Source of the DNA: Desulfocapsa sulfexigens DSM 10523
GTDB lineage: Bacteria; Desulfobacterota; Desulfobulbia; Desulfobulbales; Desulfocapsaceae
Direction of reading: 5' to 3'
NCBI RefSeq assembly: GCF_000341395.1
Contig: NC_020304.1
Span: 1,440,001-1,472,000, forward strand
Length of the DNA stretch: 32,000 nucleotides
In this document: positions 8,674-18,067 of the stretch, in pieces
How the letters are laid out: each line of letters starts with the position of its first letter
Position numbering within the stretch: the first letter of the stretch is position 1
Translations under genes and position numbers: made by a program
Notes under the pieces: model-generated
The model's database searches: none
What the model was told of the DNA's origin: nothing
What the model saw: the letters and a program-made list of their open reading frames with translations, nothing else

Positions 8674-8694
8674 GTGTAGGGAAGTGCCCTACAC
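8674..8694 (-). terminator. Hairpin 11 nt after the PilZ stop (non-canonical terminator candidate)
   Basis: GTGTAGGG / CCCTACAC form a perfect 8-bp stem with a 5-nt loop. The T-run (TTTT) follows on the plus strand, not the minus strand, so its role as a minus-strand terminator is uncertain. Confidence 0.3.
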
Positions 8695-8704
8695 TTTTGA
8701 GATA

Positions 8705-9121
8705 CTATTCGTCACTGTCTCTATCAAAAGTAACAGAAATCTCATTGCCATCGTCATCTATATACTTCTGTTGCAGCAGGTCGTGCTGATCTATCTGCTT
8801 GATAAATTCGTCTGTGGTCTGGAATTCTGCAATAAGCTCTGAGATGATCTGCTGATTTCTAGTGTTTATCTCGGAAGTTTTAAAACCTGTGGTTTGCCTG
8901 CTTTTATGGACAAGAGTAGCTTTGAGCTGAATGTCCTTTCCTGTTTCAGTGTATATTCTGACTTGATACAAGGTTTCCTCAAGAGGGGTGGAGGGGTTTT
9001 TTACACCAAAGCCACCGGGGCTTATATCTCTGGCACTGGTCGTGATACGTATGCCATTGTTATCTGACAGAACAACTTCGCCACTGATCGGAACTCTGAC
9101 ATCTGCCCTTTTATGAGCCAT
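8705..9121 (-). CDS. PilZ-domain c-di-GMP receptor (138 aa)
   Basis: Both PilZ signatures are intact: RADVR (RxxxR) and DISPGG (D/NxSxxG). The start is set at the ATG at 9121 (MAHKRADVR) because AAGGAG lies 8 nt upstream. The longer track ORF (to 9154) would abut the upstream stop. Confidence 0.75.
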   Translation of the reverse strand: MAHKRADVRVPISGEVVLSDNNGIRITTSARDISPGGFGVKNPSTPLEETLYQVRIYTETGKDIQLKATLVHKSRQTTGFKTSEINTRNQQIISELIAEFQTTDEFIKQIDQHDLLQQKYIDDDGNEISVTFDRDSDE

Positions 9122-9154
9122 TGTAATGTTCTCCTTGCAAAGTATGCATCTCAA

Positions 9155-9826
9155 TTACAGGGGATGCATATTCTCGTTATCCGTCCATAAAACTGCACGA
9201 CGGGTTAATTCTGTGCCATTTTTGAGATCAAGTTTTTGTTTGATTCTATCACGATAGGTGCCTATGGTTTTAATACCGAGCACCATTTGTTCAGCAATTT
9301 CACGTGTTGAAAGACCGGCTCCGATAAGTCGGAATACCTCAATTTCTCTGTCGGTAAGCTGATATTCTGGTGCCAAGTTTTCTTTGTCCGATCCCATCTG
9401 TAGTTTGTTCAGGAGGAGAGAAACCATATTGTTACTGACGTGGATTTTTCCCTCACGGATATTGCGAAGTGCGGCAATGACAGATTCCGATGCTTCTTTT
9501 TTCATGACATATCCACGTGCACCGGCCCGGATGGCACGCTCTGCCCATACAGACTCGTCATGCATGGAGAGCACCAGCATTGGAAAATTTTTGTTCCTGG
9601 AATTGAATTCCTTAACCAGATCAAGACCATTATCTTCGGCAAGTGCAACATCAATAATAGCCATGTCGGGTGCTTCTGCAGCAAAAGCCTTCCGTGCCTC
9701 AAGGATGTCTTCAGCCACTGCACACACCCGAAAGTCTTCCTCCTGGTTTACCAGTTCCTTCATGCCCATGCGGAAAATAGGATGATCATCCACAATAAGG
9801 ATTTTTGTAAGAATTTTTGATGTCAT
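9155..9826 (-). CDS. NarL/LuxR-family response regulator (REC + HTH_LuxR)
   Basis: The receiver is ILIVDDHPIFRMG...MAIIDVAL...VLSMH. The C-terminal domain is LTDREIEVFRLIGAGLSTREIAEQMVLGIKTIGTYR. Its start overlaps the kinase stop (ATGA at 9823..9826). Confidence 0.9.
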   Translation of the reverse strand: MTSKILTKILIVDDHPIFRMGMKELVNQEEDFRVCAVAEDILEARKAFAAEAPDMAIIDVALAEDNGLDLVKEFNSRNKNFPMLVLSMHDESVWAERAIRAGARGYVMKKEASESVIAALRNIREGKIHVSNNMVSLLLNKLQMGSDKENLAPEYQLTDREIEVFRLIGAGLSTREIAEQMVLGIKTIGTYRDRIKQKLDLKNGTELTRRAVLWTDNENMHPL

Positions 9827-12246
9827 CTGGAAACTGCTCCCGAAAGTCTTATAATCGTACCCCGGTCTTCCCTGGCCTGTATCTCGAGGGTGGCTCCGAT
9901 TGCCTTTGCCCGATACTGCATGGTATGCAAGCCCAGTCCGTTTTTCTTCCGCTGCTCCGGTATCCCCGAGCCATCATCGATAATGGTGACGGTCAAGGAG
10001 CTATTGCTGTGCAGGACGGAAATTTCTATCATATTGGGTTGAGCATGCTTTGCAGCATTAAAAATAGCCTCTCGTACAATGTAGTATATATGTGGAGTGA
10101 TGCTATTTGCAAGGGGTTCAACCCGATTATCAAAAGTGAGGGTGCAGGGGAGCGAATAACGCTCTTTAATTTCAGTAATTAATTCTTCGATGGCAGCTTC
10201 CAGTCCGTGTTCTATGATATGCACTGGATACAGGCCGCGGGAGAGTCGCCGCGTTTTTTCTATGGCGTCTCTGATAAGGTTGCGAATGGTGGAAAGCTGT
10301 TTGGCGTGTTCAGGAGACTGTTTTTCAAGGTTTTGCTGCAGAACTTTACTTAGCAACTCAATTCCGCTGAGATGGGACCCAAGGTCGTCATGGAGATCCC
10401 TGCCAATTTTACTCCGTTCTTCTTCGCCTATGGCAATGATCTGTCTCTCCAGCTTTGCCATTTCCTTTTCAGAACAGGTTTTCTGGATATGAAGCCACAT
10501 TCCTTCAAGGAGCATAGTTATTTGCCGCATATCGGAATGGTCATACTCTCTGCTGCTGTCACATACTCCGACCACCAGGACTGGTGTGTTCTTGTCATGT
10601 ATCGGAAGGTCTATACGACGCTCCACCTTTTGTTTGTAGGGGTGGGGAGAATACCTGGATAGGTCGTCAGGAGAGTTGGAAATAAATGTTTTCTTCTGCA
10701 GTACACAACTACCAGTAAGACCACTTTCAGTGAGAAGGGACGGGGGATTGCTCTCTTCCGGGCTGAGTCCGATGCTGCCGGTGGCAATGTTGATCTGAGA
10801 ACATAGGGTACAGTGCGTCTGAGCTTGATTGACAAGGGCCATATAGCCTCTGCTGCTGTCTGTAATCTGAATAATTCGGTGGAGAACGAAATCGTACTTG
10901 TCTCTGATGCTGTACTCTTCCATCTCACCGAGCTGAAGCAGAGTGTCGAGGCGCAGTTCGTCACGTCGTAACAGATGTTCCTTTTCGATGATTTCATCCA
11001 CCATGGTGTTGGCAAGTTCAGCCAGGTTTTCAAATTCAGTAAAGGTTGAGTCGGTATTCCTGATCTTTACATGGGTGCGGGCGGCTTTTCTAAAGAAATT
11101 GGTGAACAGGTTAATACCACGTTTTGTTTTGACCGAGTGGTAATAGGCCATGCCTGTCAAAAAGAGAACAGCTACAAGAAGAAGCCCAAGGAAGATGAAA
11201 CCATTTTTGATGGATGTTGTGGTGACAGTTTGCGTTTCATTGGCGATGGTATTTTCCATGGCAGCCATGGAAATATCAACAACAAGTATCCAGTCCCAGT
11301 CGGGATAGCGTTTGATAAAGGAGAGTCGCTGCTGTTCTCTGCCTGAAATAGCATCGAAGGATGTGTAAAGGAAAGTGCCACCGGATTCATTATGAAGTCC
11401 GGTTTCCAGCATCATCTTTCCATAACTCTCCCTCTTTTTATTTGTCAGATCGGTGATTGATCTGCCAATGAGGGCACCGTTTGGATGGCTGAGAATAGTT
11501 CCGTTAGAGTTAAAACAGAGAATATGGCCATTTTCGCTGAACCTCATCCCCTGTACAGTGGTAAGTATTTCTTCCTGGATTGTTGTTTTTGTGATCTCCC
11601 GGGAAGTACCTGCTCCGATATACCAGTCAAATGGTTTGAAGTATTTAATAAAACTCATACCAGGAAAAGCTGGTTCTGCATTGGCACCTTTGCGGTACAT
11701 CCCAGCTCCCTTTTCCTGTATAATTCTCATAATATCCTGGAAAATCACCTTGTATCTCTGGCCTCTCACCTCCATGGGGTTCTGTCCCTCAAGAAGTGGG
11801 TCATCTGCGAAAAGATCAATGGTATTTTCGGCGATCGTCCCTGCAAAATAATAAGCCCTGCCATTGTGCCAACGGATGGGGCGGAGGGTCTCTGCCGCCA
11901 TGGAACGCAATTGGTCGCTGTCCAGGGTTTCTTTATGCATCTGGTAGATATGTGAGGCAATGGTGTATGCAGATTGAACTTTTATGCGTAATTCATCTTC
12001 AACGCGAAATACCGCCTGGGTGCGTTGTTGACTTATAAATTCCAGGACATTTCCAAGTTCTTCCTCTACCCTCTCCAGATAAAGTTTTTTGTAGTTTTGC
12101 TCTATGTTGGCAATACTCTGGAGGTGGTTCTGGTACTCATTGATACTCCAGAATATCGCTATGAGGAGAGCGAGTGCGAGGAGGACAAGAAATGCTGCCC
12201 GAAAGGGTGCTGATGCCAGGGATGGTCGTCTGCGTGATGACTTCAT
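9823..12246 (-). CDS. Sensor histidine kinase: TM, periplasmic Cache-type domain, TM, GAF, HisKA_3, HATPase_c
   Basis: Two TM segments bracket about 300 aa containing Cache-like FKPFDWYIGAG and YPDWDWILVV. The H-box RSKIGRDLHDDLGSHLSGI is NarX/HisKA_3 type. The ATPase has NAAKHA and DDGSGIP...GLGLHTM. Confidence 0.85.
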   Translation of the reverse strand: MKSSRRRPSLASAPFRAAFLVLLALALLIAIFWSINEYQNHLQSIANIEQNYKKLYLERVEEELGNVLEFISQQRTQAVFRVEDELRIKVQSAYTIASHIYQMHKETLDSDQLRSMAAETLRPIRWHNGRAYYFAGTIAENTIDLFADDPLLEGQNPMEVRGQRYKVIFQDIMRIIQEKGAGMYRKGANAEPAFPGMSFIKYFKPFDWYIGAGTSREITKTTIQEEILTTVQGMRFSENGHILCFNSNGTILSHPNGALIGRSITDLTNKKRESYGKMMLETGLHNESGGTFLYTSFDAISGREQQRLSFIKRYPDWDWILVVDISMAAMENTIANETQTVTTTSIKNGFIFLGLLLVAVLFLTGMAYYHSVKTKRGINLFTNFFRKAARTHVKIRNTDSTFTEFENLAELANTMVDEIIEKEHLLRRDELRLDTLLQLGEMEEYSIRDKYDFVLHRIIQITDSSRGYMALVNQAQTHCTLCSQINIATGSIGLSPEESNPPSLLTESGLTGSCVLQKKTFISNSPDDLSRYSPHPYKQKVERRIDLPIHDKNTPVLVVGVCDSSREYDHSDMRQITMLLEGMWLHIQKTCSEKEMAKLERQIIAIGEEERSKIGRDLHDDLGSHLSGIELLSKVLQQNLEKQSPEHAKQLSTIRNLIRDAIEKTRRLSRGLYPVHIIEHGLEAAIEELITEIKERYSLPCTLTFDNRVEPLANSITPHIYYIVREAIFNAAKHAQPNMIEISVLHSNSSLTVTIIDDGSGIPEQRKKNGLGLHTMQYRAKAIGATLEIQAREDRGTIIRLSGAVSR

Positions 12247-12276
12247 TGTCTTACCTGCAGGGTTGCTGCTTGCCGC

Positions 12277-13440
12277 CTATTCATCTGTGTTGAGTTTTTG
12301 AATGGTCGGGTAAATCCTGCTGAGCTCAATCGTGCCCATACCCTGGTGGTATTCTTCACCAAAATGAAGGAGAACTCCCCCCAGATTAAAGATGCCAGTT
12401 TTTTGTATGGTCTGGATGAATTTTTCCCGTGTGAGTTCACCAGGAACTGCTTCTGCGATGGAGGCAAAAAGTTTTCCCGCAATGTAGCCTTCCAGGCTGA
12501 TAAAACCTAATGGATGGTTGCGCTGGTATTTGTGCATGGCCTGTTGATATTTGCGAACAAGTGGAACCCGATCGTCCCAGGGAAAGGGAACAACCTGCGA
12601 GACAATGACATCTTCACCGTACTGTCCCAGAGCTTCTTTCAGGCTTTCAGTACCAACAAAGGATATGTTGCCGTAAATTCTTTGGCCCGGTTGTTTGGCT
12701 TTGCTGAGCTTTATAAATTCGGCACAGGCGGCATAGGTTCCAATGAGAACAACTGCTTCCGGTGATTCCTTGTATATCTCCCTGAGGCCTCCCATGACTG
12801 CTACGGTATTTCTTTCGTAACTGGCCACGGATACAAGTTGCAGTTTTCGTTTCTGCAGGGCGAGTTTTATACCTTCAAGCCCAGCAAATCCATAACTGTC
12901 ATTTTGGTAGAAACAGGAAATACGCTTAAGTCTCAGGGAGTCAATAAGGTAGGCTGCCAGAGATTCCATCTCCTGATAGTAACTGCCCCGAATATTGATA
13001 ATATAGGGGTTTGGTGGGGTTCTGAGCAGCTCTGCCCCGGTAAGTGGTGCAAAAAAAGGAACCTTATACTGTTCAATGATGGGAATAACTGCCTTGGAAG
13101 TGGGGGTGCCGACTTCACCAATGAGAAGAAAAACCTGATCGTCTTGAATAAGCTCCAGGGTGTTTTTGATCGCCCGGTCCGGTTCGTAGCCATCATCTTT
13201 ACTACGCAGGTGAATCGTCTGTCCTTTTATGCCTCCATTATCATTAATTTCAGCAAAGGCTGCCTGTATTCCGGCTCTCATTTTCAGGCCAAGATTTTTT
13301 GCAGGTCCACTTAAGGCACAGGACTGGCCAAGAATCAGTGTTTTTCGTGATTCTTCGGTGGTGGCTCCTGCGTTGCCGCAAAGAATCACGAATAGTGAAA
13401 GAAGAATGCTTGTCTGCAAGAAGGAAGAGAAAGGAGTCAT
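12277..13440 (-). CDS. Periplasmic substrate-binding protein, LivK/AmiC (Peripla_BP_6) type, with no cognate ABC transporter nearby
   Basis: It has a signal peptide and then TLILGQSCALSGPAKNLG...GEVGTPT...FAPLTGA, typical of branched-chain amino acid/amide binding proteins. It ends 30 nt upstream of the kinase gene. Confidence 0.8.
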   Translation of the reverse strand: MTPFSSFLQTSILLSLFVILCGNAGATTEESRKTLILGQSCALSGPAKNLGLKMRAGIQAAFAEINDNGGIKGQTIHLRSKDDGYEPDRAIKNTLELIQDDQVFLLIGEVGTPTSKAVIPIIEQYKVPFFAPLTGAELLRTPPNPYIINIRGSYYQEMESLAAYLIDSLRLKRISCFYQNDSYGFAGLEGIKLALQKRKLQLVSVASYERNTVAVMGGLREIYKESPEAVVLIGTYAACAEFIKLSKAKQPGQRIYGNISFVGTESLKEALGQYGEDVIVSQVVPFPWDDRVPLVRKYQQAMHKYQRNHPLGFISLEGYIAGKLFASIAEAVPGELTREKFIQTIQKTGIFNLGGVLLHFGEEYHQGMGTIELSRIYPTIQKLNTDE

Positions 13441-13821
13441 TAAGGTATTAGTGAAATTTCTGGGTGTTTATTACTTTCCGCAGTATACAAAAAGGATATT
13501 GTCTCAAAGTTTTGTAAACTTAGAGACTGAGCGCAGAATATCCCACAAAAAAACAGAGCGTAAGAAACATTCGCTACTATATGATTTCCTGATAGCCGCA
13601 TATTGAAATGGAGGGTAAACCCTAAAAAGGACACTCCACAATGAACCAGAGTATATCACAATGCGGTGCTTACTTCAAAGAATGCTTAAAACCACGAATA
13701 AGCGGTTGACCATCAAGTTTGTAGTATGATAACATTTTCAATGTCAGTGTGAATTGAATTACTTGAAATTGTTTGTTTTTTTTAAAACATCCTGCCTTAA
13801 TAGGCATATTTGCTGAACTCC

Positions 13822-15945
13822 ATGAAAACATTGAATAGTTTGCAGGCTGAAAATGAACGATTACACACACAATTGCATAGAATTCAGCAAAAACTTGATA
13901 ACAGTAAATATGTTTTTGATCAAATAATTGATTTCTCATCTCAACTTGGTGTGGCAACTGAATTAAAAGATGTCTATAGAAGTTCCCTCCATCTGTTTAA
14001 AAATTTGTTAGATCTTGATTTTACGACTTTGTTTCTAGTCAACCCCGATCAGCAGAGCTGTACAATTTGTGACACAATTGGCTTTTCAAAATCACTGATA
14101 GGGTCTTTTACGGTGCAGAAGGGATTGGGTCTTCCTGGCAGGGTTCTTCAGAGTCAGCAGTTGGAAACGGTGGAGGATTTTCAGACAGAAGTGCGATTTT
14201 CTGTTCCCGATGTTATCCGGGAAAACAACATCACTTCTGCCATTGCTGCCCCAATGATACATAATGCAAAGGTTTTTGGTGTTCTCATAGGGCACACCAA
14301 AAAGAAGAGACTTTTTGCAGAGGAGCAAAAATCTCTTGCCAGGATTTTTGCCAATCAGTCCGCCACAACCATCAAAAATGCAACCCATATCCAGTCATTA
14401 TTTCTTTCTGAGAAACAGTTGCAGCAGAAAACCGATGAGTTTGAGACCATATTTGAGAATTCAATGGCAGGGATTATGTTGTTACGAGGAGGGAGAATAC
14501 TGGCTCGTTGCAATCAAAGGCTTGCCGATTTTATGGGATACGATACCCCTGTGGAGATGGTAGGGTTGGGGATGCGTAAGTTCCACCTTTCCGAACAACG
14601 CTTCAAGGAGTTTGGACAACGATACTATGAACGGCTTGTCTCAGGAGAACAGATTCAGGTTGAATATCAGTTACGAAAAAAAGACGGCCAGCCTTTGTGG
14701 TGCCTGATGTCTGGAAAAGCTATTGATCACAGTTCGCCGCCTGATCTTTTGAAGGGGGTTGTCTGGGTTGTAGATGATATCAGTGAGCGGAAACATATGG
14801 AAGAGCAGCTGCTGAATGGACAGAAAATGGAGTCCATTGCGGTGCTTGCAGGGGGACTGGCCCATGATTTTAATAATATTATTACCGCAATCCTCGGCAA
14901 TCTCAGCCTCAGTATGGCAACGATGGATGTGGAAGATCCTGGATATTCCTATCTGGCTCCTGCCAGAGATGCTTCATTGCGGGCAAAGGATCTGACCAGG
15001 AAACTTTTGACATTCTCCAGGGGTGGGGCACCGATCCGAACCTTAGCATCACTGGTTGAGATAATAGAAGATTCTGTTGATTTTGCGTTAAGCGGCAGTG
15101 CGGTTAAGGTTCAGTATGAGTTTGAAGATGGGCTCTGGGCAGCAAGAATTGATCCTGTCCAGATTAGTCAGGTCATGCAGAATCTGATTATGAACAGTAA
15201 ACAGGCGATGCCTGAAGGTGGAAATATTACTATTCACTGTTCAAATTTTTCGCAAGAGATCAATACCCGGGAGTTGAAGAAGGGGAATTACTTAAAGATA
15301 ACCATTAGTGACACCGGACATGGCATTCCGTCTGATGTGATCGATAAAATATTTGATCCTTATTTTACCACTCAGAATTTTGATAGTGTTAAGGGGAGCG
15401 GTCTTGGACTTGCCCTGGTTCATTCAATTATTAAGCGTCACGATGGCGTAATATCCGTTGTGTCCAGTGTTGGCAATGGCACTACATTTACCCTCTATCT
15501 CACTGCAGCCGGGGAATCAGAATCAATTAAAGATGAACCAGAGGAGTTGGTTCTCAAGGATGGGAAGGGCAGGATACTTATTATGGATGATGACGAGACG
15601 GTACGGGACGTGGTCAGACAGATGCTTGTTTTTCGGGGGTATGATGTGGAGGAAACCGTTGACGGGGAGGGGAGCATTGCCTTGTATCAGGCCAATATGA
15701 ATGCTGGAACACCTTTTGACATGGTTATTATGGATCTTACTATTCCGGGTGGCATGGGGGGGAGAGAAGCGGCCCGCGAAGTCTTAAAAATAGATGGCGA
15801 TGCGAAGATTGTTGTTTCCAGTGGATATTTAGATGATCCTGTTATGGCCAACTTTGAAGAGTATGGCTTTATAGCATCAGTTAAAAAACCATTCGAGTTT
15901 GCAGAGCTGGGGGAAATGATCCGTTCCGTAATGATGGATTCGTAG
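13822..15945 (+). CDS. Hybrid sensor kinase: GAF, PAS, HisKA, HATPase_c, REC
   Basis: H-box LAGGLAHDFNNIITAILGN. ATPase motifs are NLIMNSKQAM, DTGHGIP and GSGLGLALV. The C-terminal receiver has ILIMDDDETV...MVIMDLTIPG. The track ORF starts at a TTG at 13810; the first ATG is 13822. Confidence 0.85.
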   Translation: MKTLNSLQAENERLHTQLHRIQQKLDNSKYVFDQIIDFSSQLGVATELKDVYRSSLHLFKNLLDLDFTTLFLVNPDQQSCTICDTIGFSKSLIGSFTVQKGLGLPGRVLQSQQLETVEDFQTEVRFSVPDVIRENNITSAIAAPMIHNAKVFGVLIGHTKKKRLFAEEQKSLARIFANQSATTIKNATHIQSLFLSEKQLQQKTDEFETIFENSMAGIMLLRGGRILARCNQRLADFMGYDTPVEMVGLGMRKFHLSEQRFKEFGQRYYERLVSGEQIQVEYQLRKKDGQPLWCLMSGKAIDHSSPPDLLKGVVWVVDDISERKHMEEQLLNGQKMESIAVLAGGLAHDFNNIITAILGNLSLSMATMDVEDPGYSYLAPARDASLRAKDLTRKLLTFSRGGAPIRTLASLVEIIEDSVDFALSGSAVKVQYEFEDGLWAARIDPVQISQVMQNLIMNSKQAMPEGGNITIHCSNFSQEINTRELKKGNYLKITISDTGHGIPSDVIDKIFDPYFTTQNFDSVKGSGLGLALVHSIIKRHDGVISVVSSVGNGTTFTLYLTAAGESESIKDEPEELVLKDGKGRILIMDDDETVRDVVRQMLVFRGYDVEETVDGEGSIALYQANMNAGTPFDMVIMDLTIPGGMGGREAAREVLKIDGDAKIVVSSGYLDDPVMANFEEYGFIASVKKPFEFAELGEMIRSVMMDS

Positions 15946-15968
15946 AAAAAGTCAGTCTACGAATCCAT
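15934..15968. repeat. 12-bp perfect hairpin spanning the stop codon of the hybrid kinase
   Basis: ATGGATTCGTAG (15934..15945) and CTACGAATCCAT (15957..15968) are separated by an 11-nt loop. No U-run follows on either strand. Confidence 0.5.
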
Positions 15969-16124
15969 CAGGTAAAAAGGATTAGCAAAATTCTTCCTGA
16001 TTACCATCGAAACTCAGCTTTGCAACCCGGAGTTGTTTCGTGTCGATTATTTGGGACGCCATAAACCCATCCCTGGGGGCTCTGCTGCGGCCATCCAGGC
16101 CGCAGATGCCCATATAATCAACAC

Positions 16125-16162
16125 AAAAAAACTCCTCCTCAGACGGGTAGGCTGAGGAGGAG
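16125..16162 (-). terminator. Rho-independent terminator of cooS
   Basis: On the minus-strand RNA, CUCCUCCUCAG and CUGAGGAGGAG form an 11-bp perfect stem (16132..16142 / 16152..16162) with a 9-nt loop. U7 follows (16125..16131). It lies 28 nt after the cooS stop. Confidence 0.75.
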
Positions 16163-16189
16163 TGGTAATCAGGACATTCTTTGAAGGTC

Positions 16190-18067
16190 TTACTCTTCAA
16201 GTCCTAATCCCTTGCGTTTTGCTTTGATCCGCTCATTAATAAGTTCAGCAGCTTTGAAGGGGTCAGGTTCTATGCCAAAGCAAGCTCCTACCAGGTCGTC
16301 AAGTCCACTGAGTGCCAGATTAGTGACAATGGGAGAACCCGTAATATTTGGCGGATGGCCAAGGTGGGTATAGATACCGGAAGCGACGGCGTAGGTGCCA
16401 ATAGTCGCTGCTTTTTCAGAGTACCATTCTGGTGACGAGGCAGCCAGTGGCAGATCGGAAATGGCGACTCCTATTTCATTGGCAAGCAATGCGGCCAATT
16501 GTAGAATTCTCGCATTATCGACACAACTTCCCATATGAATAACCGGAGGAATTCCAAGGCTGCCACAAATCTCTCTGAGTCCTGGGCCGGCCTGCTCAAT
16601 GCTTTCTGGAACAAGAAGTCCGGCTTTGCCAGCAGCTGTTGTCACACAACCGGTGACAATAACCAGAATATCTTTTTTGATGAGTTCCCGGGTCAGGTTC
16701 ACGTTGCAGTAATCATGTTTATACTTTGGATTGTTACACCCTACAATTCCCACAACACCTCGTATCTTACCAGCCTTGATAGCATCGATAAGCGGGGTCA
16801 GTGAACCTCCAAGTGCATCAAGGAGAGCTTCGTTTGAAAATCCGGTCATGATATCCACAGGTTCTCCGGGAATTTCAACCCGATCCTGATTGCGCATGCC
16901 ATAGCGTTCAATCGCCATTCGGACAACCTTCCGTGCCTGTTCCATGCCATTGTGCATTTCAAATTTCACATGTTCAGCCCCGGTGAATTTTGCCTTGTCA
17001 GCGGTGGTGATCATTTTGGTATGGTAGCAGTTTCCTACCTGGACAAGACTGGGCATAATACACTGATAGTCCACCACAATGATCTCAACTGCTCCGGTGA
17101 TTATTGCCAGTTCGGTCATTAGATGATTTCCAGCCATGGGAATTCCCTGGCGCATCATCAGTTCGTTGCCGGTACAGCAGAGGCCGGCAAGATTTATTCC
17201 CTTGGCTCCCTTGGTCTTCGCGAGGTCAATGAGTTCCTGTTCGTTGACAGCTTCAAGGATTTTTTCAGAAACAATTGGATTGTGACCATGAACCAGAATA
17301 TTAACCTGATCCTTTTTGAGAACGCCCAAATTCACCTGAGCCTTGCGTGGTGAGGGTGTTCCAAACAGAATGTCAGAGACTTCCGTGGCAATCATCGATC
17401 CTGCCCAGCCATCTCCAAGACACATTCGTGCCGCCTGAAGCATGGTATTACTCGCATCATTGTCGCAGCCCATATGGGTTCGATGCATCATCTCGGTAAT
17501 TTCACGATCTACGCCACGTGGCATGATCCCAAGATTTTTCCAGTTTTCCTGTTGTTTCTCAGGTACCCGGTTGATAAAGCATACTTCTTCATGTTTACTG
17601 CCAAAACTGTCGAAGAACTTATCTGCCAGATCTTTGGCCACATCAAGCAGCTCCCGGTTCTCGGTTGCAATGCCTAGTTCTTCAGCAATACGGAGCATTT
17701 TTTTGCTGTCTTGAATGTGATAATCTTTCGTTTTGCCATGGGCAACGGCATGAAAGGCTTCGATGCAGTCACGGCCATGATCGGAATGTCCTGCTGCACC
17801 GCCAGCGAGGAAACGTCCAAAATTTCTGGCGACAATGACATCGGCATCGGCACCGCATACACCGAGGGGTGCTTTTTTGCTGATCCGGCACGGTCCCATG
17901 GTGCAGATACGACAACAGACACCTGACTCTCCGAATTTACAATGAGGAGTCTGTTGTTCCAGTCTGTCCCAGGCGGTCTCTATACCATCACGTTCAGCTT
18001 TACGGAGCATTTGATGAGCATCTTCCCAGATACTCATCTCTTCAACAGTTTTCGTTGTCTTGGCCAT
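16190..18067 (-). CDS. cooS: Anaerobic Ni,Fe carbon monoxide dehydrogenase catalytic subunit
   Basis: 625 aa. The N-terminus is WDRLEQQTPHCKFGESGVCCRICTMGPCRI (B/D-cluster Cys motif). The protein resembles CooS/hybrid-cluster-fold enzymes throughout. GGAGAGGA lies upstream of the ATG. Confidence 0.9.
   Translation of the reverse strand: MAKTTKTVEEMSIWEDAHQMLRKAERDGIETAWDRLEQQTPHCKFGESGVCCRICTMGPCRISKKAPLGVCGADADVIVARNFGRFLAGGAAGHSDHGRDCIEAFHAVAHGKTKDYHIQDSKKMLRIAEELGIATENRELLDVAKDLADKFFDSFGSKHEEVCFINRVPEKQQENWKNLGIMPRGVDREITEMMHRTHMGCDNDASNTMLQAARMCLGDGWAGSMIATEVSDILFGTPSPRKAQVNLGVLKKDQVNILVHGHNPIVSEKILEAVNEQELIDLAKTKGAKGINLAGLCCTGNELMMRQGIPMAGNHLMTELAIITGAVEIIVVDYQCIMPSLVQVGNCYHTKMITTADKAKFTGAEHVKFEMHNGMEQARKVVRMAIERYGMRNQDRVEIPGEPVDIMTGFSNEALLDALGGSLTPLIDAIKAGKIRGVVGIVGCNNPKYKHDYCNVNLTRELIKKDILVIVTGCVTTAAGKAGLLVPESIEQAGPGLREICGSLGIPPVIHMGSCVDNARILQLAALLANEIGVAISDLPLAASSPEWYSEKAATIGTYAVASGIYTHLGHPPNITGSPIVTNLALSGLDDLVGACFGIEPDPFKAAELINERIKAKRKGLGLEE

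Noticed and set aside
8449-8704. Moco or other riboswitch, or a NarL heptamer pair, in the leader of the FDH operon
   Set aside because: I could not find the conserved Moco-motif segments or convincing TACYYMT inverted heptamers by eye. Only a weak CTGACA-16-TACAAC promoter candidate is present, which is too weak to report as a feature.
8472-8789. Plus-strand 105-aa ORF across the PilZ/poly-ferredoxin spacer
   Set aside because: It overlaps the 3-prime end of the PilZ gene in antisense. It has no SD, and its sequence is low-complexity.
13440-13957. Minus-strand ORFs 13440..13634 and 13670..13957 in the divergent spacer
   Set aside because: The region is AT-rich intergenic. The second ORF overlaps the start of the hybrid kinase in antisense, and neither has motifs or an SD.
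15982-16200. 72-aa minus-strand ORF between the hybrid kinase and cooS
   Set aside because: It spans the cooS terminator and GC hairpins and overlaps the cooS stop, so it is implausible as coding.
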